Positions 17,474 to 27,400 are shown, counted from the stretch's first letter. The stretch is DNA of 64,000 nt from Gemmatimonadaceae bacterium (GCA_035533755.1 DATLTC010000062.1:15181-79180), one strand, 5' to 3'. Notes: a model not told the origin generated them from the letters alone. Numbers and translations: made by a program.

Positions 17474-18877
17474 CTAGCGCACAGATTCTCTGGCTGCCTT
17501 GATCTGGGCACGTACGGCAACCGGTCCCGTTCCCCCTTCCACCTCGCGATGCTGAACGGACCGCTCGGGAGACAGTGCGAGGAGGACGTCCTCCCCGAAC
17601 AGAGGATGGGCGGCGGCGAACGACGTGACTGGGAGGGCGTCGAGTTCCCTGCCCTGCGACTCCGCTTCGCGCACGAGATGTCCGACGGCGCCGTGCGCTT
17701 CTCGAAACGTGGCCCCTTTGCGCACGAGGTAGTCCGCGAGATCGGTGGCCATGAGACCACTCGATAGCGCTGCCCGCATGCGATCGACGCGGAAGCTCAA
17801 CTCCGCGAGGCTACCCGAAAATGCTGGTAGCACCAACAGCATCGTGTCGACGGCGTCGAACAGCACGCGTTTGTCGTCCTGGAGATCCTTGTTGTAGCTG
17901 CTGGGCAGGCCCTTGATGGTCGCGAGAAGCGCCGTGAGGTCGCCGAGGAGACGAGCAGCGCTGCCGCGCGCGATTTCCAGTGCGTCGGGATTGCGCTTCT
18001 GCGGCATCATGCTGGAGCCGGAAGAGAACCGCTCCCCGAACTGGACGAATCCGAACTCGCCCGTGCCGTAGATGATGAGGTCCTCGGCAAACCGGGACAG
18101 ATGCGCCGCAAGAAGCGCGGTGGCGAACAGCATCTCGGCGACAAAGTCGCGATCGCTCACGGCGTCGATCGAGTTGGGCGAGATCGCATCGAAGCCGAGC
18201 GTCCCTTGGAGGAGCGTGCGCGAAATGGGATATGCGCACCCGGCGACGGCACCGGCGCCCAGAGGCAAGACGGCGGCCGAACGGGCCGCGGCGCGGAGGC
18301 GGGCGCGGTCGCGGTCGAGGGGCCAGAAATGCGCGAGCAGCCAGTGCGCCGCGGAGATGGGCTGCGCGCGCTGCATGTGCGTGTACGCGGGCATGAGGAC
18401 CGCCTCGACTTCGACCGCGCGATCGAGAATCACGCGCTGGAAGTCCCGCACGGCCGCATCGAGATGCGCGGCGGCGTCCATCGTCCACAGGCGTGTTGCC
18501 GTGGCCACCTGGTCATTGCGGCTCCGTCCGGTGTGCAGCTTGGAAGCCACCTCACCGACTTCCTCGTGGAGCAGCCGGTCGATCATGGTGTGGATGTCCT
18601 CGTCGCCCGGAGCCGGCGGCTCACCGGCTCCGATACGCCGGGCCACGGCGTCGAGGCCGGCCTCGAGCGTCCGGCTCTCGTCCAGCGAGAGCACGTTCGC
18701 GCTCCACAGCGCCACGGCCCACGCTTTGGACAGCTGGATATCGAACGGCCAGAGGCGGAAATCGACGCCGATGGAATTGTTCAGGGCATCGAATGCCGGC
18801 GCGGGACCGCCGCCGAACCGACCACCCCATAGCTTGTGCGTCTTGGAGGCTCCAGCCGGCGGCGGACGGTCGGTCAC
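17474..18877 (-). CDS. argH: argininosuccinate lyase
   Basis: '[11 protein letters not shown]', '[11 protein letters not shown]' and '[12 protein letters not shown]'. The GTG start overlaps the argG stop (GTGA). Confidence 0.92.
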   Translation of the reverse strand: MTDRPPPAGASKTHKLWGGRFGGGPAPAFDALNNSIGVDFRLWPFDIQLSKAWAVALWSANVLSLDESRTLEAGLDAVARRIGAGEPPAPGDEDIHTMIDRLLHEEVGEVASKLHTGRSRNDQVATATRLWTMDAAAHLDAAVRDFQRVILDRAVEVEAVLMPAYTHMQRAQPISAAHWLLAHFWPLDRDRARLRAAARSAAVLPLGAGAVAGCAYPISRTLLQGTLGFDAISPNSIDAVSDRDFVAEMLFATALLAAHLSRFAEDLIIYGTGEFGFVQFGERFSSGSSMMPQKRNPDALEIARGSAARLLGDLTALLATIKGLPSSYNKDLQDDKRVLFDAVDTMLLVLPAFSGSLAELSFRVDRMRAALSSGLMATDLADYLVRKGATFREAHGAVGHLVREAESQGRELDALPVTSFAAAHPLFGEDVLLALSPERSVQHREVEGGTGPVAVRAQIKAARESVR

Positions 18878-20142
18878 GCGATCGCCAGCGATGGCTTGGC
18901 TGCCTTCTCGTCGGCGTGGGACGCGTCGGGCGCAGACTCGGCGAGCTCGCGATCCTTGAGCGCGCGGACGCGCGCCGGGAGCGCGAACAGACGGATGAAC
19001 CCGGCGGCGTCGCTCTGCTGATAGACGTCATCTTCGCCGAACGTGACGAAGCGCTCGTCGTACAGGGCGTGGATGCTCTGGCGGCCGACGACGGTGAGGG
19101 AGCCCTTGTACAGCCGAAGGGTCACGGTGCCCGTGATGCGCTGTTGCGTCGTGGTGACGAACGCGTCGTAGGCCTCGCGCTCGATGCTCCACCACCGGCC
19201 CTCGTACACGATGTCGGCATAGTGCGGCGCGATCATGTCCTTGGCGGCCAGGGTGCGGCGGTCGAGCACGAGCTGCTCGAGTTCGCTGTGCGCCGAGTAG
19301 AGCAGGGTGCCGCCGGGCGTCTCATAGACGCCGCGGGACTTCATGCCGACCAGGCGATCCTCCACGAGATCGATGCGACCGACTCCATGCCGGCCCGCGA
19401 TCTTGTTGAGGGTGGTGAGGAGTTCGACGGCGGGCAGCGGACGCCCGTTGACCGAGACGGGGGTGCCTTTCTCGAAGCCGATCACGACGTCCTCCGGCGT
19501 GTCGGGCGCTTCGATCGGATTGGTGGTGAGCAGGAACAGGTCGTCCGGCGGCGCAGCGTTGGGGTCTTCGAGAATTCCGCCCTCGTGCGACAGATGCCAG
19601 ATGTTGGCGTCGCGGGAGTAGATCTTCTCCTTGGTGGCGGCGATGGGAATACCGCGGGCCTGCGCGTAGGCGATGGCGTCCTCGCGGCTGCGAATGTCCC
19701 ACTCGCGCCAGGGCGCGATGACCGGAAGGTCCGGCGCGAAGCTGGCGTAGGTGAGTTCGAACCGCACCTGATCGTTGCCCTTGCCGGTGCAACCGTGGGC
19801 GAGCGCATCGGCGCCGACGGCGCGGGCCACTTCCACCTGTCGCCGGGCGATCAGGGGGCGAGCCATGGAGGTGCCGAGGAGATACTTCCGGTTGTAGATG
19901 GCGCCGGCGCGCAGGGTAGGGAAGATGAAGTCTTCCACGAACTCCTGGCGCAGATCCTCGACGTAGCATTCCTCGGCGCCGGACGCCAAGGCTTTTTCGC
20001 GAACGCCGTTGAGCTCGCTCGCGTCCTGTCCGATGTTGGCAGCCACACATATAACGCGCGCGTCGTAATGCTCGCGCAGCCAGGGAACGATGATCGACGT
20101 ATCAAGTCCGCCCGAGTAGGCGAGGACGACGGTGCGGGGCAT
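18874..20142 (-). CDS. argG: argininosuccinate synthase
   Basis: '[12 protein letters not shown]' and '[15 protein letters not shown]'. An AGGAG RBS lies upstream. Confidence 0.92.
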   Translation of the reverse strand: MPRTVVLAYSGGLDTSIIVPWLREHYDARVICVAANIGQDASELNGVREKALASGAEECYVEDLRQEFVEDFIFPTLRAGAIYNRKYLLGTSMARPLIARRQVEVARAVGADALAHGCTGKGNDQVRFELTYASFAPDLPVIAPWREWDIRSREDAIAYAQARGIPIAATKEKIYSRDANIWHLSHEGGILEDPNAAPPDDLFLLTTNPIEAPDTPEDVVIGFEKGTPVSVNGRPLPAVELLTTLNKIAGRHGVGRIDLVEDRLVGMKSRGVYETPGGTLLYSAHSELEQLVLDRRTLAAKDMIAPHYADIVYEGRWWSIEREAYDAFVTTTQQRITGTVTLRLYKGSLTVVGRQSIHALYDERFVTFGEDDVYQQSDAAGFIRLFALPARVRALKDRELAESAPDASHADEKAAKPSLAIA

Positions 20143-20175
20143 GGAGACTCCTAAGGGGCAAGTTTATGCAGCCAG

Positions 20176-20193
20176 GATGCATATTTAATCATT
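20176..20193. promoter_or_regulatory. candidate ARG box upstream of argG
   Basis: gaTGCATATTTAATCAtt fits the TGMAT-N4-ATKCA-type ArgR half-site layout. It lies 35-50 nt upstream of the argG ATG. Confidence 0.45.
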
Positions 20194-20232
20194 TCCGGAA
20201 CCTCCGTCAATGGCGCCAACGGGGGCCTGCGC

Positions 20233-20691
20233 TCACGATTTGCGTGCGAGTTGGGTGAGGCGCGCCACCACGGCTTGGCGCGCCGAGGCTGAGCGGCAGA
20301 CGACGAGGATGGTGTTTTCGCCGGCCACGGTGCCAAGCACCTCCGGCCAATTCTCGGCGTCGATGGCCTCGGAGATCGGCTGGGCGCCGGACGCCACCGT
20401 GTGTAGCACGACGAGCTCGCTGACGCCGGCGATGCTGGCGAACAGCTGGGGGAGCAGCGCCTCGAGTGATGGCTTGGTGTCGTCGGCCAGCGTTCCGGGG
20501 AGCACGTAGCGCGCGCCGGCGTCGGTGGGGACGCGGAGCAATCCGAGTTCGCGGAGGTCGCGCGACAGGGTGGCCTGGGTGACGGCGACGCCGCGTTTGG
20601 CAAGTTGCCGCCGCAGTTCTTCGTGGCTGCCGATGGCATATGCGCCGGTGAGTTCGAGGATGGCGGCGTGGCGTGCGGTCTTGTTGGCCAT
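20233..20691 (-). CDS. argR: arginine repressor
   Basis: 'MANKTARHAAILEL......ELRRQLAKRGVAVTQATLSRDLRELGL' plus the C-terminal oligomerisation domain. ATG at 20691. The track start at 20757 lies inside the ARG box. Confidence 0.88.
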   Translation of the reverse strand: MANKTARHAAILELTGAYAIGSHEELRRQLAKRGVAVTQATLSRDLRELGLLRVPTDAGARYVLPGTLADDTKPSLEALLPQLFASIAGVSELVVLHTVASGAQPISEAIDAENWPEVLGTVAGENTILVVCRSASARQAVVARLTQLARKS

Positions 20692-20727
20692 GGGGCTCCG
20701 AAAATGGGCGCTTGGCGCCCGCGTGGG

Positions 20728-20758
20728 TTGACGGAAGCAATATGCATGATTATGCATT
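20728..20758 (+). promoter_or_regulatory. argC promoter with overlapping ARG box
   Basis: TTGACG (20728-20733), 17 nt, TATGCA (20751-20756). The palindrome taTGCATgattATGCAtt (20741-20758) overlaps the spacer and -10. Confidence 0.55.
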
Positions 20759-20762
20759 CCGT

Positions 20763-21722
20763 GTGAATAGGATCCCTGTGGGAATTCTCGGGGCCAGCGG
20801 ATATGCCGGCCGCGAGCTTTGCGCGCTGGTGCACCGGCACCCCTCGCTCGAGTTGGCCTTCGCGACGGCCAACGAACAGCGCGGGCAACGCGTGCGCGTG
20901 CTCGGCCGCGACGTGACGTTCATGGCCACGGAGGATGCGCCGTTGGGCGACGTGGCGCTGGTGTTCAGCGCCCTGCCGCACGGGGCGTCCGCGACGTGGG
21001 TGGCGGCGGCCCGGTCGGCGGGCGCTCGCGTGGTGGACCTTTCCGCGGACCTTCGTCCCGGCAATGGATGCGAGGGCGCGCCGTACGGGCTGACGGAGTT
21101 GACGCGGGAGCGCGTGCGGCACGCGGAGGTGGTGGCGAATCCGGGGTGCTATCCCACCTCGATCCTGCTGGCGATCGCGCCGTTGGTGGAGCGGGGCCTC
21201 CTGGCCGCGGGCAGTGCCATCATCGCGAATTCGGCAAGCGGCGTCACGGGAGCCGGCAACACGCCCAAGCGGGAACTGCTGTTCGGTGAAGTGGCCGAGG
21301 ATTATCGCGCGTACAGCGTGGGCAACACGCACCGGCACCTGAACGAGATGCGGGCGATGCTCGACGTGATGGGTGGTGAGGCGGACCTCGTGTTCACGCC
21401 GCACCTGCTCCCAGTCACACGCGGCATCCTGTCGTCGATCACGGTGACGTTGAGCCGGCCGCTTGACGACGCCATGGATCCGTGGCGTCAGCGCTATGCC
21501 GGCGAGCCGTTCATTGAACTGATCACGACGCCGCCTCGGCTGCGGAATGTGGCGTACCGGAATGCGGTACAGATCGCGGTACAACCTCTTGCGGGAACGG
21601 CCAATCCTATGCTTCTCGTCCTGTCGGCAATCGACAACCTGGTCAAGGGCGCGGCGGGGCAGGCGGTGCAGAATGCCAATCTCATGTTGGGGCTCGACGA
21701 GACGGCGGGCCTGCTCGCGTGA
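20763..21722 (+). CDS. argC: N-acetyl-gamma-glutamyl-phosphate reductase
   Basis: 'VGILGASGYAGREL' and 'VANPGCYPTS' (catalytic Cys). GTG start at 20763. The alternative ATG at 20742 lies inside the ARG box. Confidence 0.88.
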   Translation: MNRIPVGILGASGYAGRELCALVHRHPSLELAFATANEQRGQRVRVLGRDVTFMATEDAPLGDVALVFSALPHGASATWVAAARSAGARVVDLSADLRPGNGCEGAPYGLTELTRERVRHAEVVANPGCYPTSILLAIAPLVERGLLAAGSAIIANSASGVTGAGNTPKRELLFGEVAEDYRAYSVGNTHRHLNEMRAMLDVMGGEADLVFTPHLLPVTRGILSSITVTLSRPLDDAMDPWRQRYAGEPFIELITTPPRLRNVAYRNAVQIAVQPLAGTANPMLLVLSAIDNLVKGAAGQAVQNANLMLGLDETAGLLA

Positions 21723-22483
21723 TGCGCGTACTCAAGGTCGGGGGACGCGTCCAGAGCGACCCCGCGCTGCCGTTGCAGATCGCCGAGGCCTGGGATGCGA
21801 TGGCGCGTTCGCTCGTGGTGGTGCACGGAGGCGGTGACGAGGTGACGGCGCTGCAAACTGCGTTCGGACTCACCGCTGAGTTCGTGGATGGTCGTCGCGT
21901 AACGACGGCGCGGGACATGGAGCTGGTGCGGATGGCGCTGTCGGGGAGCGCCAACAAGCGCCTGGTGGCCGCGCTGGTGCACGAGGGAGTGCGGGCGGTG
22001 GGGGTATCGGGTGAGGACGCTTCGCTGATCGCGGCGACGCCGGTGAACGCCGACGCCCTGGGACACGTGGGCGAGCCCCAGCGCGTGAATGCGTCGTTGC
22101 TCTGGCATCTCCTGGACGGCGGATACCTGCCGGTGGTGTCGCCGGTGAGCCGGAACATCGGGCTCGAGCTGGGTCCGGCGCTGAACGTGAATGCGGATGA
22201 CGCGGCGGCCGCGATCGCGATGGCGCTCGACGCGGACGAACTGCTGCTGGTGTCCGACGTGCCGGGCGTGCTGGACGGCGACCGGACGCTGGCGACGTTG
22301 AGCGCGAACGAGGCGGAGGCGCTGATGGCGCGCGGAACCGCGGCGGGAGGGATGGCGGCCAAGCTCCACGCGGCGCTGACCGCGTTGCGGGGCGGGGTGC
22401 CGCGGGTGCGCATCGGCGATCTGTCGGTGCTCGAGGATGTGGAACGGGGGACGGTGGTCACACTGACGGGGGAGGCGAGGTGA
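21719..22483 (+). CDS. argB: acetylglutamate kinase
   Basis: Amino-acid-kinase fold: 'LKVGG', 'VVVHGGGDEV' and 'NVNADDAAAAIA'. The start overlaps the argC stop. Confidence 0.85.
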   Translation: MMRVLKVGGRVQSDPALPLQIAEAWDAMARSLVVVHGGGDEVTALQTAFGLTAEFVDGRRVTTARDMELVRMALSGSANKRLVAALVHEGVRAVGVSGEDASLIAATPVNADALGHVGEPQRVNASLLWHLLDGGYLPVVSPVSRNIGLELGPALNVNADDAAAAIAMALDADELLLVSDVPGVLDGDRTLATLSANEAEALMARGTAAGGMAAKLHAALTALRGGVPRVRIGDLSVLEDVERGTVVTLTGEAR

Positions 22484-23697
22484 ATCCGAGCAGCGCAGGA
22501 ACGGCCGAGTCGATCGGCACGCCGGCGGGTGAATCGCGCCAGGAAGCGCCCGATGCGATCCTGGGCACGTACAAGCAGCCTCCCATCGAGATGGTGCGGG
22601 GCGAAGGCGTGTACCTCTTCGACCGCGAGGGCAAGCGCTACCTCGATTTCGTGGCCGGGATCGCCGTAAATGCCCTCGGCTACAGTGACGCGGGATTGCG
22701 ATCGGCGCTGCATCACGCGGCCGACGGCCTGATTCACACGTCCAATCTGTATCACACGGCGCCGGGCGAGGCGTTGGCGCGGAAGCTCGTGGAGCGGTCG
22801 TTCGCATCGCGGGTGTTCTTCTGCAATTCTGGCGGGGAAGCCAACGAAGGCGCGTTCAAATTCGCGCGCCGCTGGGCGCGCACGTTGAGCGACGCGAAGC
22901 ACGAGATCGTCGCGCTGCGCGGGGCGTTTCACGGACGGTTGTTCGGCACGCTCGCGGCCACGGACCGTCCGGCGTACCGGTTGCCGTTCCGCCCGCTGGC
23001 GGGGGGCATATCCATTGTCGAACGGGATCTGGACGACGTGAGCAAGGCGCTGGATCCCGAGACGGCCGCGGCCTTGATCGTGGAGCCCGTGCAGGGGGAG
23101 GGAGGGGTGCGGGTGCTGGACCACGGCTTCCTGCGCGAACTGCGGGCGCTGACCAGGGAGCGCAACGTGGCGCTCATCCTGGACGAGATCCAGTGCGGGC
23201 TGGGGCGTACCGGCACGCTGTTCGCGTACGAGCAGGCCGGGATCGAGCCCGACATCCTCACCGTGGCCAAGCCACTCGCCGGCGGGTTGCCGATGGGCGC
23301 CATCCTGGTGACCGAGGAGATCGCGTCGGCCATCAAGCCGGGCGATCATGGCACGACGTTCGGCGGAGGGCCATTCGTGTCGTCGGTGGCGTCGTACGTG
23401 CTGGATCGCCTGTCGGATCCCACGCTCCTGGCGCACGTCGCGGAAACCGGGGCGTGGTTCGGCGATCAGCTCCGCGAGATCGCGCAGCGGACGGGACGCA
23501 TCCGGGGCGTGCGCGGGGTGGGCTTCATGTGGGGGCTGGACGTGATGGGGACGGCGTCGCACGTGGTCAGCGAGGCGATGGCCGCAGGACTGCTCACCTG
23601 CACGGCGGGCGACTATACCGTGCGGTTGGTGCCGCCGTTGATCGCGACGAAAGACGAGCTCGCGGAAGGTCTCGCGGTGCTCGAAAGCGTTCTCTGA
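22480..23697 (+). CDS. argD: acetylornithine aminotransferase
   Basis: 'FCNSGGEANEGAFKFAR', 'LILDEIQCGLGRTG' and 'LTVAKPLAGG' (PLP Lys). GTGA overlap with argB. Confidence 0.9.
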   Translation: MNPSSAGTAESIGTPAGESRQEAPDAILGTYKQPPIEMVRGEGVYLFDREGKRYLDFVAGIAVNALGYSDAGLRSALHHAADGLIHTSNLYHTAPGEALARKLVERSFASRVFFCNSGGEANEGAFKFARRWARTLSDAKHEIVALRGAFHGRLFGTLAATDRPAYRLPFRPLAGGISIVERDLDDVSKALDPETAAALIVEPVQGEGGVRVLDHGFLRELRALTRERNVALILDEIQCGLGRTGTLFAYEQAGIEPDILTVAKPLAGGLPMGAILVTEEIASAIKPGDHGTTFGGGPFVSSVASYVLDRLSDPTLLAHVAETGAWFGDQLREIAQRTGRIRGVRGVGFMWGLDVMGTASHVVSEAMAAGLLTCTAGDYTVRLVPPLIATKDELAEGLAVLESVL

Positions 23698-24191
23698 TGT
23701 CCGAGGGGCTCCAGATCCGGCCGGCGCGGCCGCACGAGGCGGAGGCGATCTCGCGGCTGAACAACCAGTTCGCCGACGAGATGCTGATGCTGCGGCGCAC
23801 GCCGGAGATGGTGGCGTTGGCGATCGACGATTTCATGGTCGCGGTGAACGAACGCGGCGAGATCGTGGGGTGCGGCGCGCTCAAGGAGTACTCGCCATCG
23901 GTGGCCGAAGTGGCGGCGATCGCGGTGGCGCGTGATGCGCACGGTCAGGGTCTTGGCCGGAAGATCGTGGAGGCCGTGGAGCAGTTGGCGATGAAGCGCG
24001 GCATCTTCGACGTGTTCGCGCTGACCCTGCAGCCCAAGTTCTTCGACGCCTGCGGCTACGCGCAGGTGGACCGGGCACGCTACCCGGAGAAGATCCGGCG
24101 GGACTGTCTGGGCTGCGCGCGGCGGTTCGCGTGCGACGAGTGGTGCTTTGCCAAGAATCTGCGACTCGAAGCCTGGAACATCGCCGCCTGA
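23697..24191 (+). CDS. GNAT N-acetyltransferase, probable short-form N-acetylglutamate synthase
   Basis: Acetyl-CoA motif 'IAVARDAHGQGLGRKIV'. It is the last gene of argCBD, and its ATG shares the A of the argD TGA. The tail is Cys-rich ('CLGCARRFACDEWC'). Confidence 0.7.
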   Translation: MSEGLQIRPARPHEAEAISRLNNQFADEMLMLRRTPEMVALAIDDFMVAVNERGEIVGCGALKEYSPSVAEVAAIAVARDAHGQGLGRKIVEAVEQLAMKRGIFDVFALTLQPKFFDACGYAQVDRARYPEKIRRDCLGCARRFACDEWCFAKNLRLEAWNIAA

Positions 24192-24221
24192 GCGCGGCGC
24201 CACGCAGGGCACCGGGATGAG

Positions 24222-24253
24222 GCGAGCCGGCCGCGGAAGCGCGGCCGGCTCGC
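24222..24253 (+). terminator. GC-rich hairpin after the arg operon
   Basis: GCGAGCCGGCCGCG-gaag-CGCGGCCGGCTCGC (a perfect 14-bp stem). No U-tract follows. Confidence 0.45.
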
Positions 24254-24296
24254 GCGCATGAGGGGGCCCGCGGACCCGGGGCCGGCGGCGGGGGGC

Positions 24297-24344
24297 TTGA
24301 CGCGCGGCGCCAGGAGTCATAGTGTATCGCTACAACGATACACT
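24297..24344 (+). promoter_or_regulatory. promoter plus palindromic operator of the YtrA/GntR operon
   Basis: TTGACG (24297-24302), 17 nt, TAGTGT (24320-24325). The perfect inverted repeat AGTGTATCG-ctacaa-CGATACACT (24321-24344) covers the -10 and the TSS. Confidence 0.6.
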
Positions 24345-24358
24345 GACCCCGTCCCCGC

Positions 24359-24739
24359 ATGTTCGAACGCCTTGACCCCCGTAGTCCCATTCCGCTCTAT
24401 GCGCAGATCGCCGACGGCGTGCGGCTCGCCGTCGCCGCGGGCGACCTGCGCCCCGACGAAGCGCTGCCCTCGGTGCGGCAGTTGTCGGCGCAACTCCGCG
24501 TGAATCCGGCGACGGTGGTGCAGGCGTACCGCGAACTGGAAAACGATGGGTTCGTGATCACGCGCCATGGCGCGGGGACGTTCGTGCTCGAAGTCGGGAA
24601 GGATCTCCGGTCGCGCGAACGACGTAACGCGGCCCGGCGGCTCGTGCGCGATCTGATGCGCGACGCACGCCGCTTGGGGGTGTCGCCGGAGGATCTGCGC
24701 GACGCCATCGACCACGAGTTGAACGGAGGCAATCGATGA
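24359..24739 (+). CDS. GntR-family transcriptional regulator, YtrA subfamily
   Basis: 126 aa. 'IPLYAQIADGVR..PSVRQLSAQLRVNPATVVQAYRELE..G' winged HTH with the short C-terminus typical of YtrA. Confidence 0.85.
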   Translation: MFERLDPRSPIPLYAQIADGVRLAVAAGDLRPDEALPSVRQLSAQLRVNPATVVQAYRELENDGFVITRHGAGTFVLEVGKDLRSRERRNAARRLVRDLMRDARRLGVSPEDLRDAIDHELNGGNR

Positions 24740-25629
24740 CGCTGGCCGTCGAGACGCAGGGATTGCGCTACCGGGCGGGGAAGCACTTCTCGATCCGCGA
24801 CGTGAGCATGCGCGTACCGACCGGATCGATCTACGGATTCCTCGGTCCCAACGGGGCGGGGAAGACGACGACGATCCGATTGCTGCTGGGGCTCCTGCGT
24901 GCGGAGGGCGGCAGCATCACGGTATTGGGTGATTCGATGCCGAGGGGCTATGTGCAGGTGCTGGCGCGGGTGGGGTATGTGCCGGATCGACCGCACCTGC
25001 ACCCGTCGCTGACGGTACGCGAGACGATGGAATTCCATGCCGCGTTCCACGCGCGCTGGGACGCCCGGTGGGCGGGGGACCTGCAACAGCAGTTCCGGCT
25101 CAAGGGCGATCAGGGGGTGGGGGCGCTGTCCAAGGGTGAGACGGGCAAGCTCATGATGCTGCTGGCGCTGGCGCAGCAGCCGGACTTGCTGGTGCTGGAC
25201 GAGCCGACCGACGGGCTCGATCCGGTGGTCCGGCGCGACGTGTTGGAGGCGCTGCTCGCATACGTCTCCGAACGCGACGCCACCGTGCTCATCTCGAGCC
25301 ATCTCGTGCATGAGTTGGAGCGCATCTGCGATTGGATCGCGGTGATGGACGAGGGGGAACTCGTGACCGAGTTGCCGATGCGCGAATTCAAGAACGGCAT
25401 CAAGCGCCTGCATGTGACGGGAGCCCCGGCGTTGTTGAACGATCTCTCGTTCACCGTATTGAGCCGGACGCCGGCGGAGGGCGCCACCGAACAATGGACG
25501 GTGCGCGGCTGGGAGCCGGCCATGCTGGGACAGGTGGAGTCGGTGGGCGCGACGGTGACGGATGTGATCGACCTCGACCTCGAAGACGGGTTCGTGGAAC
25601 TGCTCCGATCGTTCCGCGATCGCCGATAG
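24736..25629 (+). CDS. ABC transporter ATP-binding protein
   Basis: Walker A 'GPNGAGKTT', signature 'LSKGETGK', Walker B 'LLVLDEP'. ATGA overlap with the regulator gene. Confidence 0.9.
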   Translation: MTLAVETQGLRYRAGKHFSIRDVSMRVPTGSIYGFLGPNGAGKTTTIRLLLGLLRAEGGSITVLGDSMPRGYVQVLARVGYVPDRPHLHPSLTVRETMEFHAAFHARWDARWAGDLQQQFRLKGDQGVGALSKGETGKLMMLLALAQQPDLLVLDEPTDGLDPVVRRDVLEALLAYVSERDATVLISSHLVHELERICDWIAVMDEGELVTELPMREFKNGIKRLHVTGAPALLNDLSFTVLSRTPAEGATEQWTVRGWEPAMLGQVESVGATVTDVIDLDLEDGFVELLRSFRDRR

Positions 25630-25632
25630 GAG

Positions 25633-26283
25633 ATGCCGATGTTCCGAGCCGTACTCAGGACACAATGGAAGTGGACACGGGTCGCGGTGCTCGTTTGCCT
25701 GGTGCTCGCGTTCGCGATGCCGCTCGTCTCACTGCGGTCGGCGACGATGGCCCGCAGTCCGCAGGAGTTGATCTCGGCGATGGCGGCATGGGGCATCGGG
25801 TACGCGACGCTGGCGGCGAGCCTCGGGCTGATCGTGGCCTGGCTGGCGTGGGCGTCGGACCATCGCGGACATCACGTGTATGCGCTCGCGCTGCCGGTGC
25901 CACGCTGGCGGTACGTGCTGCTCCGGTTCGCAGCTGGCGTGGTGCTCCTGCTCCCGGTGGTTGTTGCTCTGGGCGTCGGGACGGCGCTGGCGGTGGCGGT
26001 CACGAACGTACCGACCGGACTGCATACGTACGCGGTGGCCGTGTGCCTACGGTTCGCGTTCGCGGCGCTGGTGTCGTTCGCGATCTTCTTCGCGATCTCG
26101 GCGATGACCGCGCGGGCGGCCAGCTACATCCTGGGAGCGATCGTCGTGGTGCTGGTGGCGGAATTCACCACCGACGCGGTGGGGTTGCACTGGCAGGTGG
26201 GTTCCCACGTGCTGGACTTCCTGATCGCGTATCCGGGAATCCTGTCGGTGTTCAACGGTCGCTGGATGTTGATCGATGTGTAG
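25633..26283 (+). CDS. ABC-associated integral membrane protein (about 6 TM)
   Basis: Hydrophobic 216-aa ORF. The alternative ATG at 25639 is better spaced from AGGAG (25628-25632). Confidence 0.65.
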   Translation: MPMFRAVLRTQWKWTRVAVLVCLVLAFAMPLVSLRSATMARSPQELISAMAAWGIGYATLAASLGLIVAWLAWASDHRGHHVYALALPVPRWRYVLLRFAAGVVLLLPVVVALGVGTALAVAVTNVPTGLHTYAVAVCLRFAFAALVSFAIFFAISAMTARAASYILGAIVVVLVAEFTTDAVGLHWQVGSHVLDFLIAYPGILSVFNGRWMLIDV

Positions 26284-27400
26284 GGCACGACGGTGGTGGA
26301 TTGCGGGGGTGATCGCCGCGGGCGCCGCGGTGGGGAGCCCGCGCCCGGTTCTCGGCCAGACCGCCGCCGAGTACCGGGCCCGCGTGCAGGCGCTGGTTCC
26401 GCTGTGGCGCGCCGAAGGCCGGGCATATCTCGCCCGGGACTCGGCGAATGCCATCCGACTGCCGCAAGACACGGTGCGGGTGGGTCCGCTGACGATCCTG
26501 GCGGATTCGTCGCTGGACGCGCTGGCGCGGGAATCGGCGTCGCGGGCGGCGATCGTCCTCGAGGCGCGGTTCGGCAAGGAGGCGGATGCGCTGCGCGGTC
26601 ACGTGTTCGTACTGACGACAGCGCCGGCCGAGATGGGAATCGAACGAGTGGTCGGGATCGCGGAGTTGGACGAGGCGGGGCGGCAGGTGGCGGCCGAATC
26701 ACAGTACGGCACCGTGCGCGCGGTGGCTCAAGCGTGGTGGCGCCGCGGGGCAAACGTGGAAACGCATCGGCTGGATCCGGAGTTCCAGCACTGGCTCGGG
26801 ACGTCGCTTCCCGTGGATTCGGCGACCAGGGACACGTGGATCGGCGCGCGGATCGGTGTGGTGACCTCGGGCCACCGGGTGGCGGATCGATGCTTTGACG
26901 GGAACATGACGAGCTGCGCGCTGGCGCTGGGGATCACCGGGCGGGAGGATCCGGCAATGCGGTGGTTCGACGCCGCCGAACGGCGCGCCGCCGTGCGCGC
27001 GGCGCGTTATCGGTTGCGTTCCAATCGCGAACGGCAATACGATGCGTGCGTCACGGACGGGAACGGCACGGCGTGTGACTCGCTGATGGAGCTGATTCCG
27101 GCAAACGAGATCGCGCCGCCGTTGGGATCCAGCGTGCAGCAGAGCGTGGTGCGGGTGGCGATGGATCTCGGGGGACCGGACGCCATGGCACGGATGCTCG
27201 CGGCGCCAGGCGATCCGGGGGCACAGCTCGGCGCGGCGTCGGGAGCTTCCACGGATTCGCTGCTCCGCGCGTGGCGGTCGCGAGTGATCGCGGCGCGGCC
27301 GGACAACGCGACGATCAGCGTGGAGTTGGCGGCGGTTGCCATGGCGTGGGTCGCGGCGTGCGGCGCGCTGGCGCTGCTGGGGAGTTCCCGATGGCGCTGA
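26276..27400 (+). CDS. hypothetical extracytoplasmic protein with N-terminal signal/anchor and C-terminal TM helix
   Basis: 374 aa. 'WWIAGVIAAGAAVG' at the N-terminus and 'LAAVAMAWVAACGALALLG' at the C-terminus. Overlaps both neighbours by 8 and 10 nt. Confidence 0.55.
   Translation: MCRARRWWIAGVIAAGAAVGSPRPVLGQTAAEYRARVQALVPLWRAEGRAYLARDSANAIRLPQDTVRVGPLTILADSSLDALARESASRAAIVLEARFGKEADALRGHVFVLTTAPAEMGIERVVGIAELDEAGRQVAAESQYGTVRAVAQAWWRRGANVETHRLDPEFQHWLGTSLPVDSATRDTWIGARIGVVTSGHRVADRCFDGNMTSCALALGITGREDPAMRWFDAAERRAAVRAARYRLRSNRERQYDACVTDGNGTACDSLMELIPANEIAPPLGSSVQQSVVRVAMDLGGPDAMARMLAAPGDPGAQLGAASGASTDSLLRAWRSRVIAARPDNATISVELAAVAMAWVAACGALALLGSSRWR

Noticed and set aside
20742-20757. The ATG at 20742 as the argC start, and the ATG at 20757 as the argR start (the longest ORFs).
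   Set aside because: Both ATGs are the ATGCAT half-sites of the ARG-box palindrome. Using them would make the two genes overlap head-to-head and add non-conserved N-terminal residues. The downstream starts (GTG at 20763, ATG at 20691) reproduce canonical ArgC and ArgR N-termini.
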